A stretch of DNA of 64,000 nt, taken from contig OZ024740.1 of NCBI GenBank assembly GCA_964016885.1, positions 208,444,001 to 208,508,000 on the forward strand, given 5' to 3'. A program made the position numbers and the translations under genes. Shown here piece by piece: positions 53,347-64,000 of this stretch (position 1 is the first letter of the stretch; each line of letters opens with the position of its first letter). Source of the DNA: Eledone cirrhosa (taxonomy: Eukaryota). The notes beneath the pieces were generated by a model. That model saw only the letters and a program-made list of their open reading frames with translations, was not told the DNA's origin and ran no database searches.

Positions 53347-56300
53347 TACCAGTTTAGCCCGTCGTTGCTCGGGTTTGTTCATTTGCTATGAAAAGTTATA
53401 AACAGGTAAACGTGGCTTGAAAGCGCATAGGTTTATCAATTAAGTGCATAAAGCAGTTGAACCGGTTATTAAAAGTTACAAACCAGTTAGCATTTTGGAC
53501 AATCAATGATGGGTTAATAATCTTCCAATAGCGAATTTAGTAAACCAAAGTTGCAAGATGGTGGCCCTGATGCCGCTGGGTGTCAGATCCGTCCGCCATG
53601 GGTGACCCTACCAGTTTTCTAGACGGCATAGCTCTAACACCTCCAACACCTGCACAACATCTATAGCACCTCTTTGTAGACGATATTGCGTGTCATCCCT
53701 TGAGGAGTGTAAGCAAAAAGTCCATTCCTGCTCCCTACGCGGGAACAGGCAACATAAAGTAGGCCATGGCAGAAGCATGGTTCCCCCAAATGGATGCCCG
53801 CCACCGACAATGTTTGCCCTTGTGTCTTGTTAATGGACATGGCAAAACATGGTCTCACTGGGAATTGGGATCGCCGGAAATCGAACGGAATATCTGACGC
53901 CGAGGGGAAAAGGTTCATCCTTGGAATGAAAACATTCTCCCCTCTCCCGCACCCCGTTACAATGGTGGCCTCAAACAAGTGGGGCGACAGTGACTTGACG
54001 ACCATGCGAGTACCGTTGCACTGCTTTGGTGGACGCAAGTTCCTATTAGCATAATGGGACAGCCAACCCTAAGCTTAAGAATGTGAGGTGGGAGCCCTGG
54101 GGGCTCAAGGGAATTTAATAACTCAACCGGATAATTAACGATTTCGTCGGGGTCTGACGTCCGGTCGATAGATTTGAAGATAGCTCTTTACCGGGAATCT
54201 TCTCAATCAGCTGCTCGTTAATAACATTAACCATGGCATTTTTCGGAGCAAGGATGGCTCTTTCGCTGAGCCAATTGAGGTTTTTAAAGTTAGATGAGAC
54301 ATTAGGAAAAACTGCTTCCCGAACGTCAGAAGGGCTGCTCACAATGTTGCACAGGGAGTCGATTGCTATGCCACCTTTGTCATCCGCAGATATCTTGCTC
54401 TCACTAAGTGCTAAAATGTTCTGAGCAAATGCTGCAGACATGTTGTCACCATGCAAATGAGCACGCATATTTGTGCTCAGGTACAAACTCTTCACCTGGA
54501 ACCACAACATGGACGACTTAAGGCAGGCACGCACTTCATCAGCTCTTGTCCCTTTGGGGATGTCAGGCAGCGTTTGCCGAAAATCCCCTGATAGCAGAAG
54601 GGTTACGCCACCCATAGGAGCCGTAAAATCCCTAATGTCTTTCAGGGTCTTATCCAATGCCTCAAGGGCACCCTTGTGTGCCATTGTGCACTCATCCCAA
54701 ACAATGAGGCAACATCTTTTAAGAACCAGAGCTTCGTGTGAACTCTTGCTGATATTGCATGTTGGTGTCTCAGTTTTTACTAAATCCAAGGGGAGTTTAA
54801 AGGTTGAATGTGCTGTCCTGCCTCCCGACAGCAAAGTAGCAGCGATCCCGGACGATGCAACGGCCAACGCAATTTTTTTCTCATGAAGAATCTTAGGGAG
54901 AATCAATTTCGTTACATAAGTTTTTCCGGTACCCCCAGGAGCATCGAGAAAGTAAATACCCCCAGTCTGATTTTGAACATGATAGTTAAATAGGCCAACC
55001 TTTGGTCCGATAGAAGTTTGGGCTCATTTTCCTCTAAGTATTGGGAAAGAGATTCGATGTCATATGCAACAAATCCGGGGCCAACGTGTTAGCTTCCTCT
55101 CTGACGGTTGACGGCAAGCCATACGTCGCCAACTCACTCTCACCCATGTCGAGGAGGGCGTCCTCGATATCAATGAGTGCCCTATTGTAGATAATGTCGC
55201 TATAACCAACTTCCACTGAAGTATACTGCAGATGAGCCAGGCGCAGGAAGTCCTCAGACATGAAGTCTCTGTACTTGACCCATAAAGATTTGGGATCACC
55301 CAATTCACACTTTTGAAGCAAAATGGCAAAGAGTTCCCGTAGACCTTTAGGCGATTTCAACAAAGCACCCTCTGCTAAAGTGGAATCCCATTGCGAATCA
55401 TCTTCCAAAAGACCGCACTTAAAGTAGGCTTCCCGGTACGTATCACATATTTCTTCAACAGTTTTGATGTCCTAAAAACTTTGTGGGCCTACAACTTCAT
55501 GCAGAAGAAGGCGGAGATGAAAGCACTCATGCTGACTTGGGAGCACAGTATAAACCCTTCCAAGACAGCTGTCAAATTTTACACCAGGATGTCTTTCAGC
55601 AGCCTGACCTGACTTTCTTCGCACCCAAGTGTTTTTCGACCATATAAAGTAGGACGGAACCTGGGGGTACACAATTGTTTGCGCAAATGTATCGAACTGG
55701 CAAAGTTTGAAGAAACCCGTCAGAGTGGTCTCTTTCGGATCGGCGGCCAGCTTGGCGGCAGTTTGGTCCGTAAAGTAAACCCTTTGCCCATTTTCCAAAT
55801 GTACCGCAAGCTGTACGATGGCGGGGTGACGTTGGTGTAGGGGTAAACCAAATAGGCGCCAAAAAGCTTCATTGCTACTGATGTACCACCCCACCAGGTA
55901 TTCTGTGACCTCGTCGCTGCTATTTTCAGCTAGAAATGCGAACATTGCGGCATCAGAGCCCTTATTTACATATTTGCATATGTATTTTATCGACTTGACG
56001 GAGTTGCAAAACTCAACGTTGATGTGGGCGTTGAACATCTTCAAGAGAAGCGGGCAGTAAGGGACCACCCATCTATTGTCGACTTGACCTCCCCTTACTG
56101 TTGTGGTGAAGCCACCGTTCTCGGGCCGTCTCCGCCTGTACAGGGGGTACCCGTCGCCACCAGTCTGAGTATGGTCAACAAATTTTTTGGGGTATCCCTT
56201 ACTGCACGACCCCCCTTTCAGACACGTGTGATGCTAATTAGGACCCGACGCACACGGACCATGTTAGCTTGGACGATGTCATGTAATTCCTGGTCAGTTG

Positions 56301-56906
56301 CTGGGTTAGGGATTTCAGCCAAAATGAAGCTGTCTATGGCATTTGAATTGATTTTATCAGCTAACCAAATCAAAATGTGAGCATGTGGCAGCCCTCGTTT
56401 TTGCCATTCTACGGTGAAAATGTCACATTTTACCGCCCCAAATACCTGACCTTTTTTATTAAAGCCATGAGTTTAGCCAGTTTCAGTCTGAACACTCTGG
56501 CAATGAGGTCATGTCTGTTCGAATAATTTTGCCCATGAAAAAGTTCACGGGTTACATTCCGATTCATATGTCTATAGCATTAATCTGTTATATGAAGTGT
56601 TATTTTGCGGGTTATTATTTGCAATAAGCCGATTGAAAATGCCCCAGATAAGCCGTATGTCAATACGGAACGCTCAATATGGAACACTCCACTGCAGTGT
56701 TGTCATATAGGGAGTGAAGAGCGACAGAGAGAGTAAAGCAGTTAAATTATAGAGAGGGGGAATGATCATGATCGATTTTTGCGCTTATTGTTGGTTGGTT
56801 TGAAAAGCAATAATTGTCCCGATTTTGAATAGAATCCGTTGGAAATTGTGGACAGCGCATACGTTACAAACCTTAACACACACATCCTCAGCTTTATATA
56901 TATAGA
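53346..56906 (-). mobile_element. Helitron with both termini, internally deleted
   Basis: A|TC start at 56906; CCCG-agcaacga-CGGG hairpin then GTAG|T at 53346. Confidence 0.85.
53661..56555 (-). pseudogene. Helitron RepHel (HUH Rep motifs 2-3 plus PIF1 helicase), frameshifted
   Basis: EWQKRGLPHAHIL, KYICKYVNKG, DAPGGTGKT, ASSGIAATLL, WDECTM, GDFRQTLP, MSINKTQGQT, LYVACSRV. Confidence 0.95.
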
Positions 56907-58081
56907 TATATAACTCTCTCTCTCTTTATCTTTTTCTTCTCTTCTGTGCAGTAGTCAGTTAAAGAGTTTGACATCTTGATCTGTCTTCTGCAGTTATTTT
57001 CCTCCTCACCTCCCACCTCTCGCCTCCTCAAATACCCGTTTCTGTGACCGACACTACATATCCTGTTCTCTAATCACTCACAAACTCTTTATCACCTCCT
57101 GACCCAACTACCACGCAGCGATCCCACGATCTCTGTAACCTATCCATATCTTCTAATCGTTTAATAATCCTCACCTTTTTGTCATTCCTATCAGCTAATT
57201 GGTCAGAATGGTACCAATTACTAGTATGTTAACTGCCCTGCGAAGAAAATAAGCTCACCTTGACACATCTAAAACATCTAAATATGTTATAAACTCGTAA
57301 CTCCAAAATCTACGAGCAGTTCTAACAGAGTTGGTTAGCAGCCATACATGCGATGAATACCACCTACTGTGCCTGAAAAAAGTCTGTCAACACCATCATC
57401 AGATAAATGTATAAACTACCACAATATCTCTGAGACCAACGCAATGAAGGCAATGAATACCTTCAACCATTCAAAGCCTCAACACTCTCTAGTTTTCCAT
57501 ACTATAGTCTCTTGGCACGACATCTACCAACTTTTCAGAAAAAAACCAATCTGACATTCTTCAACTAGGGCGGTTCCATAATTGTGGAAAACTCTTTTGC
57601 TTGCTTCCGTCAAGATAGTGATCAGTTCTGACTCTGTTTCGGTAATTATTCTTAAATAGTGCTTCTATTCTCAATAAACTCTTTAAACATTCTTTCTCTA
57701 TTGATAGACTCTACTTTTATCAATGGAGATATACTACAGTGTCCCACCCCAACCTGCACGATTTGTCTTACTTTCAGCACTATTAATCTATCGCCACATC
57801 CATATGTCAAACATAAAGAAATAATTCGTTTAACACCTCTAGTATCTATTCTTTCCCAAAGACAACAAGTTTTATAGAACTTTCAGAGACGGGAATGCCG
57901 TTGCTTTTCACATCAAGTATTCTTTCGTCACTATCTGGCATGTAAACCTGTTTGAACAGTCGTCCAACTACGAGTCCTTGTCTAACCAGATAGGTCTATA
58001 ACAGTGTACATGCTCGAGTATCTCTCTTTCTCTCTCTCTCCCTCTATCTCTCGCACTCGCCCCTCTCTCTCTCTCTCTCTC

Positions 58082-58177
<96 letters not shown>

Positions 58178-58179
<2 letters not shown>

Positions 58180-58745
58180 GATGGCTGTCCCCTCGTCATC
58201 GAGTATGGCCATTGCGCGATATAACATAATCCCACTCTCTGAGATACATAGCTGTAATCCGAAAAGAAGAAAAGATCTACATCATCAGTAACTACTGAAC
58301 CACGGTTTTTATGTCGAAGTTATCCCAGTTTCCTGAGTTGCCTTCTCCTAGAAGTATGCCCTGGCAAAGGCTAAAGGTCCTTCACTCCCAGTGGTTTAAC
58401 CGCGCGATCGTGTATCCATCCCAATTATTTCTATCTCCCCGCGCATATACATACACATGCACCCATGTATATACACATATACTTACACATGCACCCATGT
58501 ATATACACATATACTTACACATGCACCCATGTATATACATATTTAAACATTTTTGGATGGCCTTTGACTCTTATGAGTTCTTCCGCCCTTTGTCATGTTT
58601 TGTTTTTTGTCCTACAGGGTGTCCAAAATCACCCTCCTCACCAAGAAAACTTGGTGGGGTTGCCGGTTTAGTCACCGACGACCCGACCATGCGACAGGTT
58701 GTACTGGGTTACATGTTACCAGTAGCACTCAAGAGGGACCCGACA
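58178..58745 (-). mobile_element. Family X copy, subfamily 2
   Basis: Reverse complement of 19825-20352, with the 5' head retained. Confidence 0.8.
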
Positions 58746-58782
58746 CATATATATATACATCTATGTATGTCTCTCTCTCTCT

Positions 58783-58826
<44 letters not shown>

Positions 58827-58828
<2 letters not shown>

Positions 58829-59840
58829 TGATCATCATCATGATCATCATCATGATCATCATCATCATTTTACGTCCGCTTTTCCTTGCTTGCAAGGGTG
58901 AGACGGGTCCTATTCAGCACAGCATATCTCCACTTGTCACGGTCTTTCGTCATCTCCGTGAGCTTCAGCGATCTGAGATCTGCTCTCACCACCTCCGCCC
59001 ATGTTTTTCGTGGTCTTCCTCTACTGCGTCTTTCTTCTACTGGGATTTCTTGGCACTTTACCCACCGATCATCCTCCATGCGCATCACATGCCCATACCA
59101 TCGCAGTCTTCTCACCCGCACACTACAACTTATCCCTCATATACACAGTTTCTCTCTCAACTCATCTATGATTGGTCGTTCACGCACATTGACATTGCAC
59201 ATCCAACGGAGCATGCTTGCTTCATTTCTCTCCAGCCATCGCATATCCTCTCAGTTGCTGCCCATGTCTCACTACCATGCAGCATCATGCATCTCACACA
59301 GGCATCATATAACCGGCCTTTCGTACCCAGAGAGAAACCCTTTTTTGTCAACAGAGGAAGCAGCTCCCTAAACTTCTTCCAACCCGTCCTTTATTCTAGA
59401 TACTATGGCCTCGGAACACCCCCTCCCATGCTAATCTGATCTCCTGGGTACCGGAAGCTAACAACCACTTCTATAGAACCCACCTACGTTTGAAAAATTT
59501 GTCTATCACTGCGACTTCTACTGTCAAATTTCCCTGTACATCTACTGCATACGTAGTTTTCCCTACCCGTTAGTTTGCCTGCTATCCCACTACATCTCTT
59601 GTGTACCCAAGATCTGCATTGTGTACATTTTATAGAATTTATGCAAACTCCTTTTCTACATATCGAACATGGCATTTCCCAGAGTTTTGTCCTCTTTTCT
59701 ACTTATCAACACTTTTGTCTTAGCTATGTTCACTCTCAATCCTCTTGATTCCAACTGCTGTTTGCTTAGCCAGAATTTATTCTCTAGCTCCTCTACTGAT
59801 TCTGCTATAAGAACCAGAACGTCAGCAAAGAGAAGTTCCC
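58827..59840 (-). pseudogene. RTE-like 3' fragment with a Cys-rich insertion and (GAT)n tail
   Basis: ELLFADVLVL, GLRVNIAKTK, CSIC..C..C..WVHKRC..CSRC, FRYPG, MLHGSETW, RLRWYGHV, RGRPRKTW. Confidence 0.85.
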
Positions 59841-59913
<73 letters not shown>

Positions 59914-60185
59914 TTGCATGTGCATTAAGCAACTTGTAGTGTAGTTTCTATCGATTCTAATCAACTTTAGATGGTCCAGGTTAGTCTTCGACCTTTTATA
60001 TTTATCGTTGTTGTGGTATAAGTATGGCCACTGGATTCGGTTGTTTTTCTTGGTGTCACACCTTATAACTATTTTGTTTTATTCTGGACGATAATGTTTA
60101 GCTTATTGAGTGCTTTGTGATTGCCTCAAACAACTGGATTAGCACCTGCTATATGACAGCTACAACTTCGATTCATATCCAATAT

Positions 60186-60218
<33 letters not shown>

Positions 60219-60227
60219 ATGTGTGTG

Positions 60228-60276
<49 letters not shown>

Positions 60277-60317
60277 GTGAGTTCCGGGTTCATTCTATAT
60301 TAAACTTGAGATATATT

Positions 60318-60372
<55 letters not shown>

Positions 60373-60430
60373 ACAAATATATTCCTTAATTGAATAATGA
60401 TTTTACTATTCTTAAATAGTAACATCCCTT

Positions 60431-60460
<30 letters not shown>

Positions 60461-60464
<4 letters not shown>

Positions 60465-60628
60465 CAAAGGAATTGTGGTAAGGAACCAGATGGACCATAA
60501 CGCACCAGAGTACTCAATACTTAGGGTAGTAGAGTGGGAAATATGAAAAAGTATACCCCGACGGCAGAGTCCAGAAATAGCCGTCGAAACGGGTTGAGCT
60601 TTGCCGTCGGGGTCATACTTTTTCATAT
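60461..60628. mobile_element. Family A fold-back element
   Basis: Shared arm plus gtccagaaatagccgtcGAAAcgggttgagctttgccgTCgggg. Confidence 0.8.
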
Positions 60629-61586
60629 ATATATATATTGAAAGAATGAAGAATAACATGATCAACAGTACAAAAAAGGGTTTTATTTACAGTCTAACAA
60701 TTGTTTCACTGATTAAGTTGTCTAAAAATTGCTGAACACTTGAAGCTGTGCCACTCAATTTTAAATATACATATATATATATATATATATATATTGTATG
60801 ACGATTCAATGAATCCACAGTTGCTATATTGTTCGTTTTAGTCGTGAACATGTTATGGCGTAGGTAACAGGGTGATAGCGTACAAAGTTCTGTCGTCTCA
60901 ACGTCTAATCCCAAATCCTCTTGACTCAAATTCCTACCCCATCGTATCCTCTAAACAATCACTGGTTAAAAGATGTCAACGTACGTAGTTTGAGCTATAT
61001 TTATTGGAAACAATAACCGGACTTAATTCCCAAGCCTGCTTCAAATAATATTAACCCCACGACACAAAATATCTACTTAACGGTTGCTATTTATACATGA
61101 CTGCATATGATAGAGTTACTATAGCTGCCCTAATAAACTTATTTTAAGTAAATGAAAAAGTAAAGTTAAAAGACAAAAACAAAATAGATATAGAAGTGCA
61201 GCAACGTTGTTTTTGTTATTAATACATACCAACTTGGAGATTATCTGGCTCTGTCTTCTTGTGTTCTGGCATTTTAAATGAATCTCGCGAGAAAAAGCGT
61301 AACAGTGACGATTTAGATGACGTCATGCCCTTTGTATAGGGCAGTTTTATAGAGGAAGCGTGTTCATGTTGATTTTCCACCATATTTAAAAAGTAATGGT
61401 GATCTCAATTTCGAACTTAGAATTGATCATCGGCTCACACACGTTACGTCGTTTAACTTTCTCTCTCTCTCCATCTCTCATCTGAACAGATATGTGGCCT
61501 GAAAAAACAAAACGTAGAGAATATCAGGAGTATCAAAATGCAATGATACTAATGATATGTATACACATGCACACACGCGTGCACAC

Positions 61587-61654
<68 letters not shown>

Positions 61655-61797
61655 GGAAAAAATGAAACGAAATTTCATTTCCCACTCTTAGTACGGCTGT
61701 TACTTAAATATAAGTATGTACACGTACATACTTATATTTAAGCCGTTAATATGCATAGGGTAAGTATATACGTTCAACAATTTGGCAGGAAGGTATA

Positions 61798-61838
61798 CGT
61801 TGCTGACGATAGCTAAGAAGCTTGAAACTAGTACAGCG
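61798..61838 (+). ncRNA. Minimal hammerhead (intact)
   Basis: cgttg-CTGACGA-tagctaagaagctt-GAAA-CTAG-TA-cagcg. Confidence 0.78.
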
Positions 61839-62288
61839 TTCCTTTGTCAGTGTTGAACAAACGAGCAACGATGGTTGCTAGACACTACGGCTTAATACGG
61901 GATGTTTGTTTACAAACATACCGAGCATTATAATAAATGTTCGGTTGATCCATACGTACATATATATATATGTGTGCATGTATGTATATATATATATATA
62001 TACATACATACTACTGTACGTCTGTATACATATATGTATGTACGTGTTCATACTTATAAATATATATATATATATATATATAAGTATGTATACGTACATA
62101 CATATATGTATACAGACGTACAGTAGTATGTATATATATATACATACATGCATACATATATATATGTACGTATGGATTCATCGAACATTTATTATAATGC
62201 TCGGTGTGTTTGTAAACAAACATCCCGAATTAAGCCGTACAGTGTCTAGCAACCATCGCTGCTCATTTGTTCAACACTGACAAAGGAA

Positions 62289-62329
62289 CGCTGTAATAGT
62301 TTCAAGCTTATTAGCTATCGTCAGCAACG
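62289..62329 (-). ncRNA. Minimal hammerhead (CTAT variant)
   Basis: Reverse complement of cgctgtaatagtttcaagcttattagctatcgtcagcaacg. Confidence 0.65.
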
Positions 62330-62708
62330 TATACCTTCCTGCCAGATTGTTGAACATATATACTTACCTTATGCATATTAACGGCTGAGTAGCCCAATTT
62401 GCACATCGAGTGGGTTAATCGGCCGGGTGCACCGAAAACGATAAACGGAAAAAATGAAACGAAATTTCATTTCCCACTCTTAGTACGGCTGTTACTTTAA
62501 TATAAGTATGTACACGTACATACATATATGTATACAGACGTACAGTAGTATGTATATATATATACATACATGCACACATATATATATGTACGTATGGATT
62601 CACCGAACATTTATTATAATGCTCGGTGTGTTTGTAAACAAACATCCCGTATTAAGCCGTAGTGTCCAGCAACCATCGTTGCTCGTTTGTTCAACACTGA
62701 CAAAGGAA

Positions 62709-62749
62709 CGCTGTACTAGTTTCAAGCTTATTAGCTATCGTCAGCAACG
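62709..62749 (-). ncRNA. Minimal hammerhead (intact)
   Basis: Reverse complement of cgctgtactagtttcaagcttattagctatcgtcagcaacg. Confidence 0.8.
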
Positions 62750-63694
62750 TATACCTTCCTGCTAGATGGTTGAAGTCTGAAAGTATAAACTTTCCTTATG
62801 CATATTAACGGCTGAGCAGCATAATTTGCATATCGGGTGAGTTAATCGGCCGGGGTACCGAAAACGATAAACGGAAAAGATGAAACGAAATTTCATTTGT
62901 CACTCTTAGTACGGCTGTTACTTAAATATAAGTATGTATACATACATACATATATATATACAGACGTACAGTAGTATGTATATATATATACATACATGTA
63001 TATATATATACATACATAAATGTTCGGTGAATCCATACGTACATATATATATGTGTGCATGTATGTATATAAATATACATACTACTGTGCGTCTGTATAT
63101 ATATATGTATGTACGTATACATTCTTATATTTAAGTAACAGCCGTAAGAAATTAGAAATGAAAATTCGTTTCATTTTTTCCGTTTATATATATATATATA
63201 TATATATGTCCCATTCATGAATATTGATATTTATATTTTTATTATTCATTTCATATGAATTGTTAACTCAACTTAATATGACATGACGTAAAGTTGTCAC
63301 TATATCCCCCTCTCTCTATATAGTATTTCCTCTCTCTTGAGTTTTTCTATCTGTATGATGAATTATTATCTCTCTGTTGCTTTCTTTTGTTTTTCTTATT
63401 TCTTCCTTTTTTCTTTCTTTTTTATTTCCTCCTATCTATTTATATCTTTCTTTTCTACATACATTTCTCTCTCTCTCCGGTATTTCTCCAGGTTTTCTTT
63501 TTCTCTCTCTCCTTCTTTTTCTCTCTCCTTCTCTCTCTCCGTTTTTTCTTTCTCTCCGTCTTTTTCTAACTGTGCTTAACACTATAACTAATAAAATAAT
63601 TATAAACATCTCACTATCCAGACAGCTTCCAAAAATAATGGTTGCATCTAATAGGGTACGTCAAAATTATTTATAAAACTGTTTATATATTGTA

Positions 63695-63755
63695 TTTTGT
63701 CTGATGAAGGCATACCATATTTTAATTTGGTATCCCTGAAATATGTATAATGAAA
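63695..63755 (+). ncRNA. Type I hammerhead motif
   Basis: ttttgt-CTGATGA-AGGcATACCA-tattttaatt-TGGTATcCCT-GAAA-tatgta-TA-atgaaa, then AATAAA. Confidence 0.72.
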
Positions 63756-63817
63756 TAAATATGGTTTTATAAATATAGTTTCCATTTATTTAATATCGTA
63801 TATATATATATATATAT

Positions 63818-63982
63818 ATAACGAAGGAAGTGTGGTAAGGAACCAGGTGGACCATAACGCACCAGAGTACTCGATACTTTGGGTAGTAGAGTAGGTAATA
63901 GGAAAAGTTTCAGGACCCCGACGGCAGAGCTCAAGCTGTTTCGACGGCTATTTCTGGACGCCCAGAAATAGCCGTCGAAACG
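63818..63982. mobile_element. Family A fold-back element
   Basis: Shared arm plus tttcgacggctatttctgg-acgc-ccagaaatagccgtcgaaac. Confidence 0.8.
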
Positions 63983-64000
63983 CTAAGTTCTTGTTTTGAA

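Larger units (their letters stand above)
61651..63186. mobile_element. Family R array with inverted segments and three hammerheads
   Basis: 420-bp period; hammerheads 61798-61838 (+), 62289-62329 (-), 62709-62749 (-); inverted termini ggaaaaaatgaaacgaa; TA flanks. Confidence 0.88.

Noticed and set aside
53661-54906. Host PIF1 helicase gene
   Set aside because: Intronless, frameshifted, linked to HUH Rep motifs and Helitron termini
57000-57980. Highly degenerate L1/Tx1-like 3' remnant on minus
   Set aside because: Only a faint IVWKTR-like motif; too weak to call

Overview
Eukaryotic, AT- and microsatellite-rich DNA made almost entirely of nested transposable elements. The SINE families and (TA)n/(CA)n/(GA)n/(TACA)n load look like a cephalopod (octopod) genome, which is an inference. 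Nearly all short ORFs in the track are microsatellite artefacts. Recognisable coding remnants: four Penelope-like elements (PLEs, one Naiad-like with an Asn-rich insert), a near-intact L1/Tx1 ORF2, an R4/Dong-like and a CRE-like retrotransposon, several RTE fragments and a Helitron Rep/helicase. There are also SINEs, hAT/piggyBac/Tc1-mariner MITEs and at least one probable host exon (37603-38184, minus). The main hidden signal is RNA structure. About a dozen PLE-type minimal type I hammerhead motifs (CUGANGA-stemII-GAAA-stemIII-UH) are present. They include a ~415-bp tandem, retrozyme-like unit found at two loci with the same intact/variant dimer order. In addition, several unrelated families form short fold-back palindromes centred on a hammerhead, mostly on stem II, with the CUGANGA half replaced by a mirror copy of the 3' half. 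All coordinates were read by eye and no searches were run.
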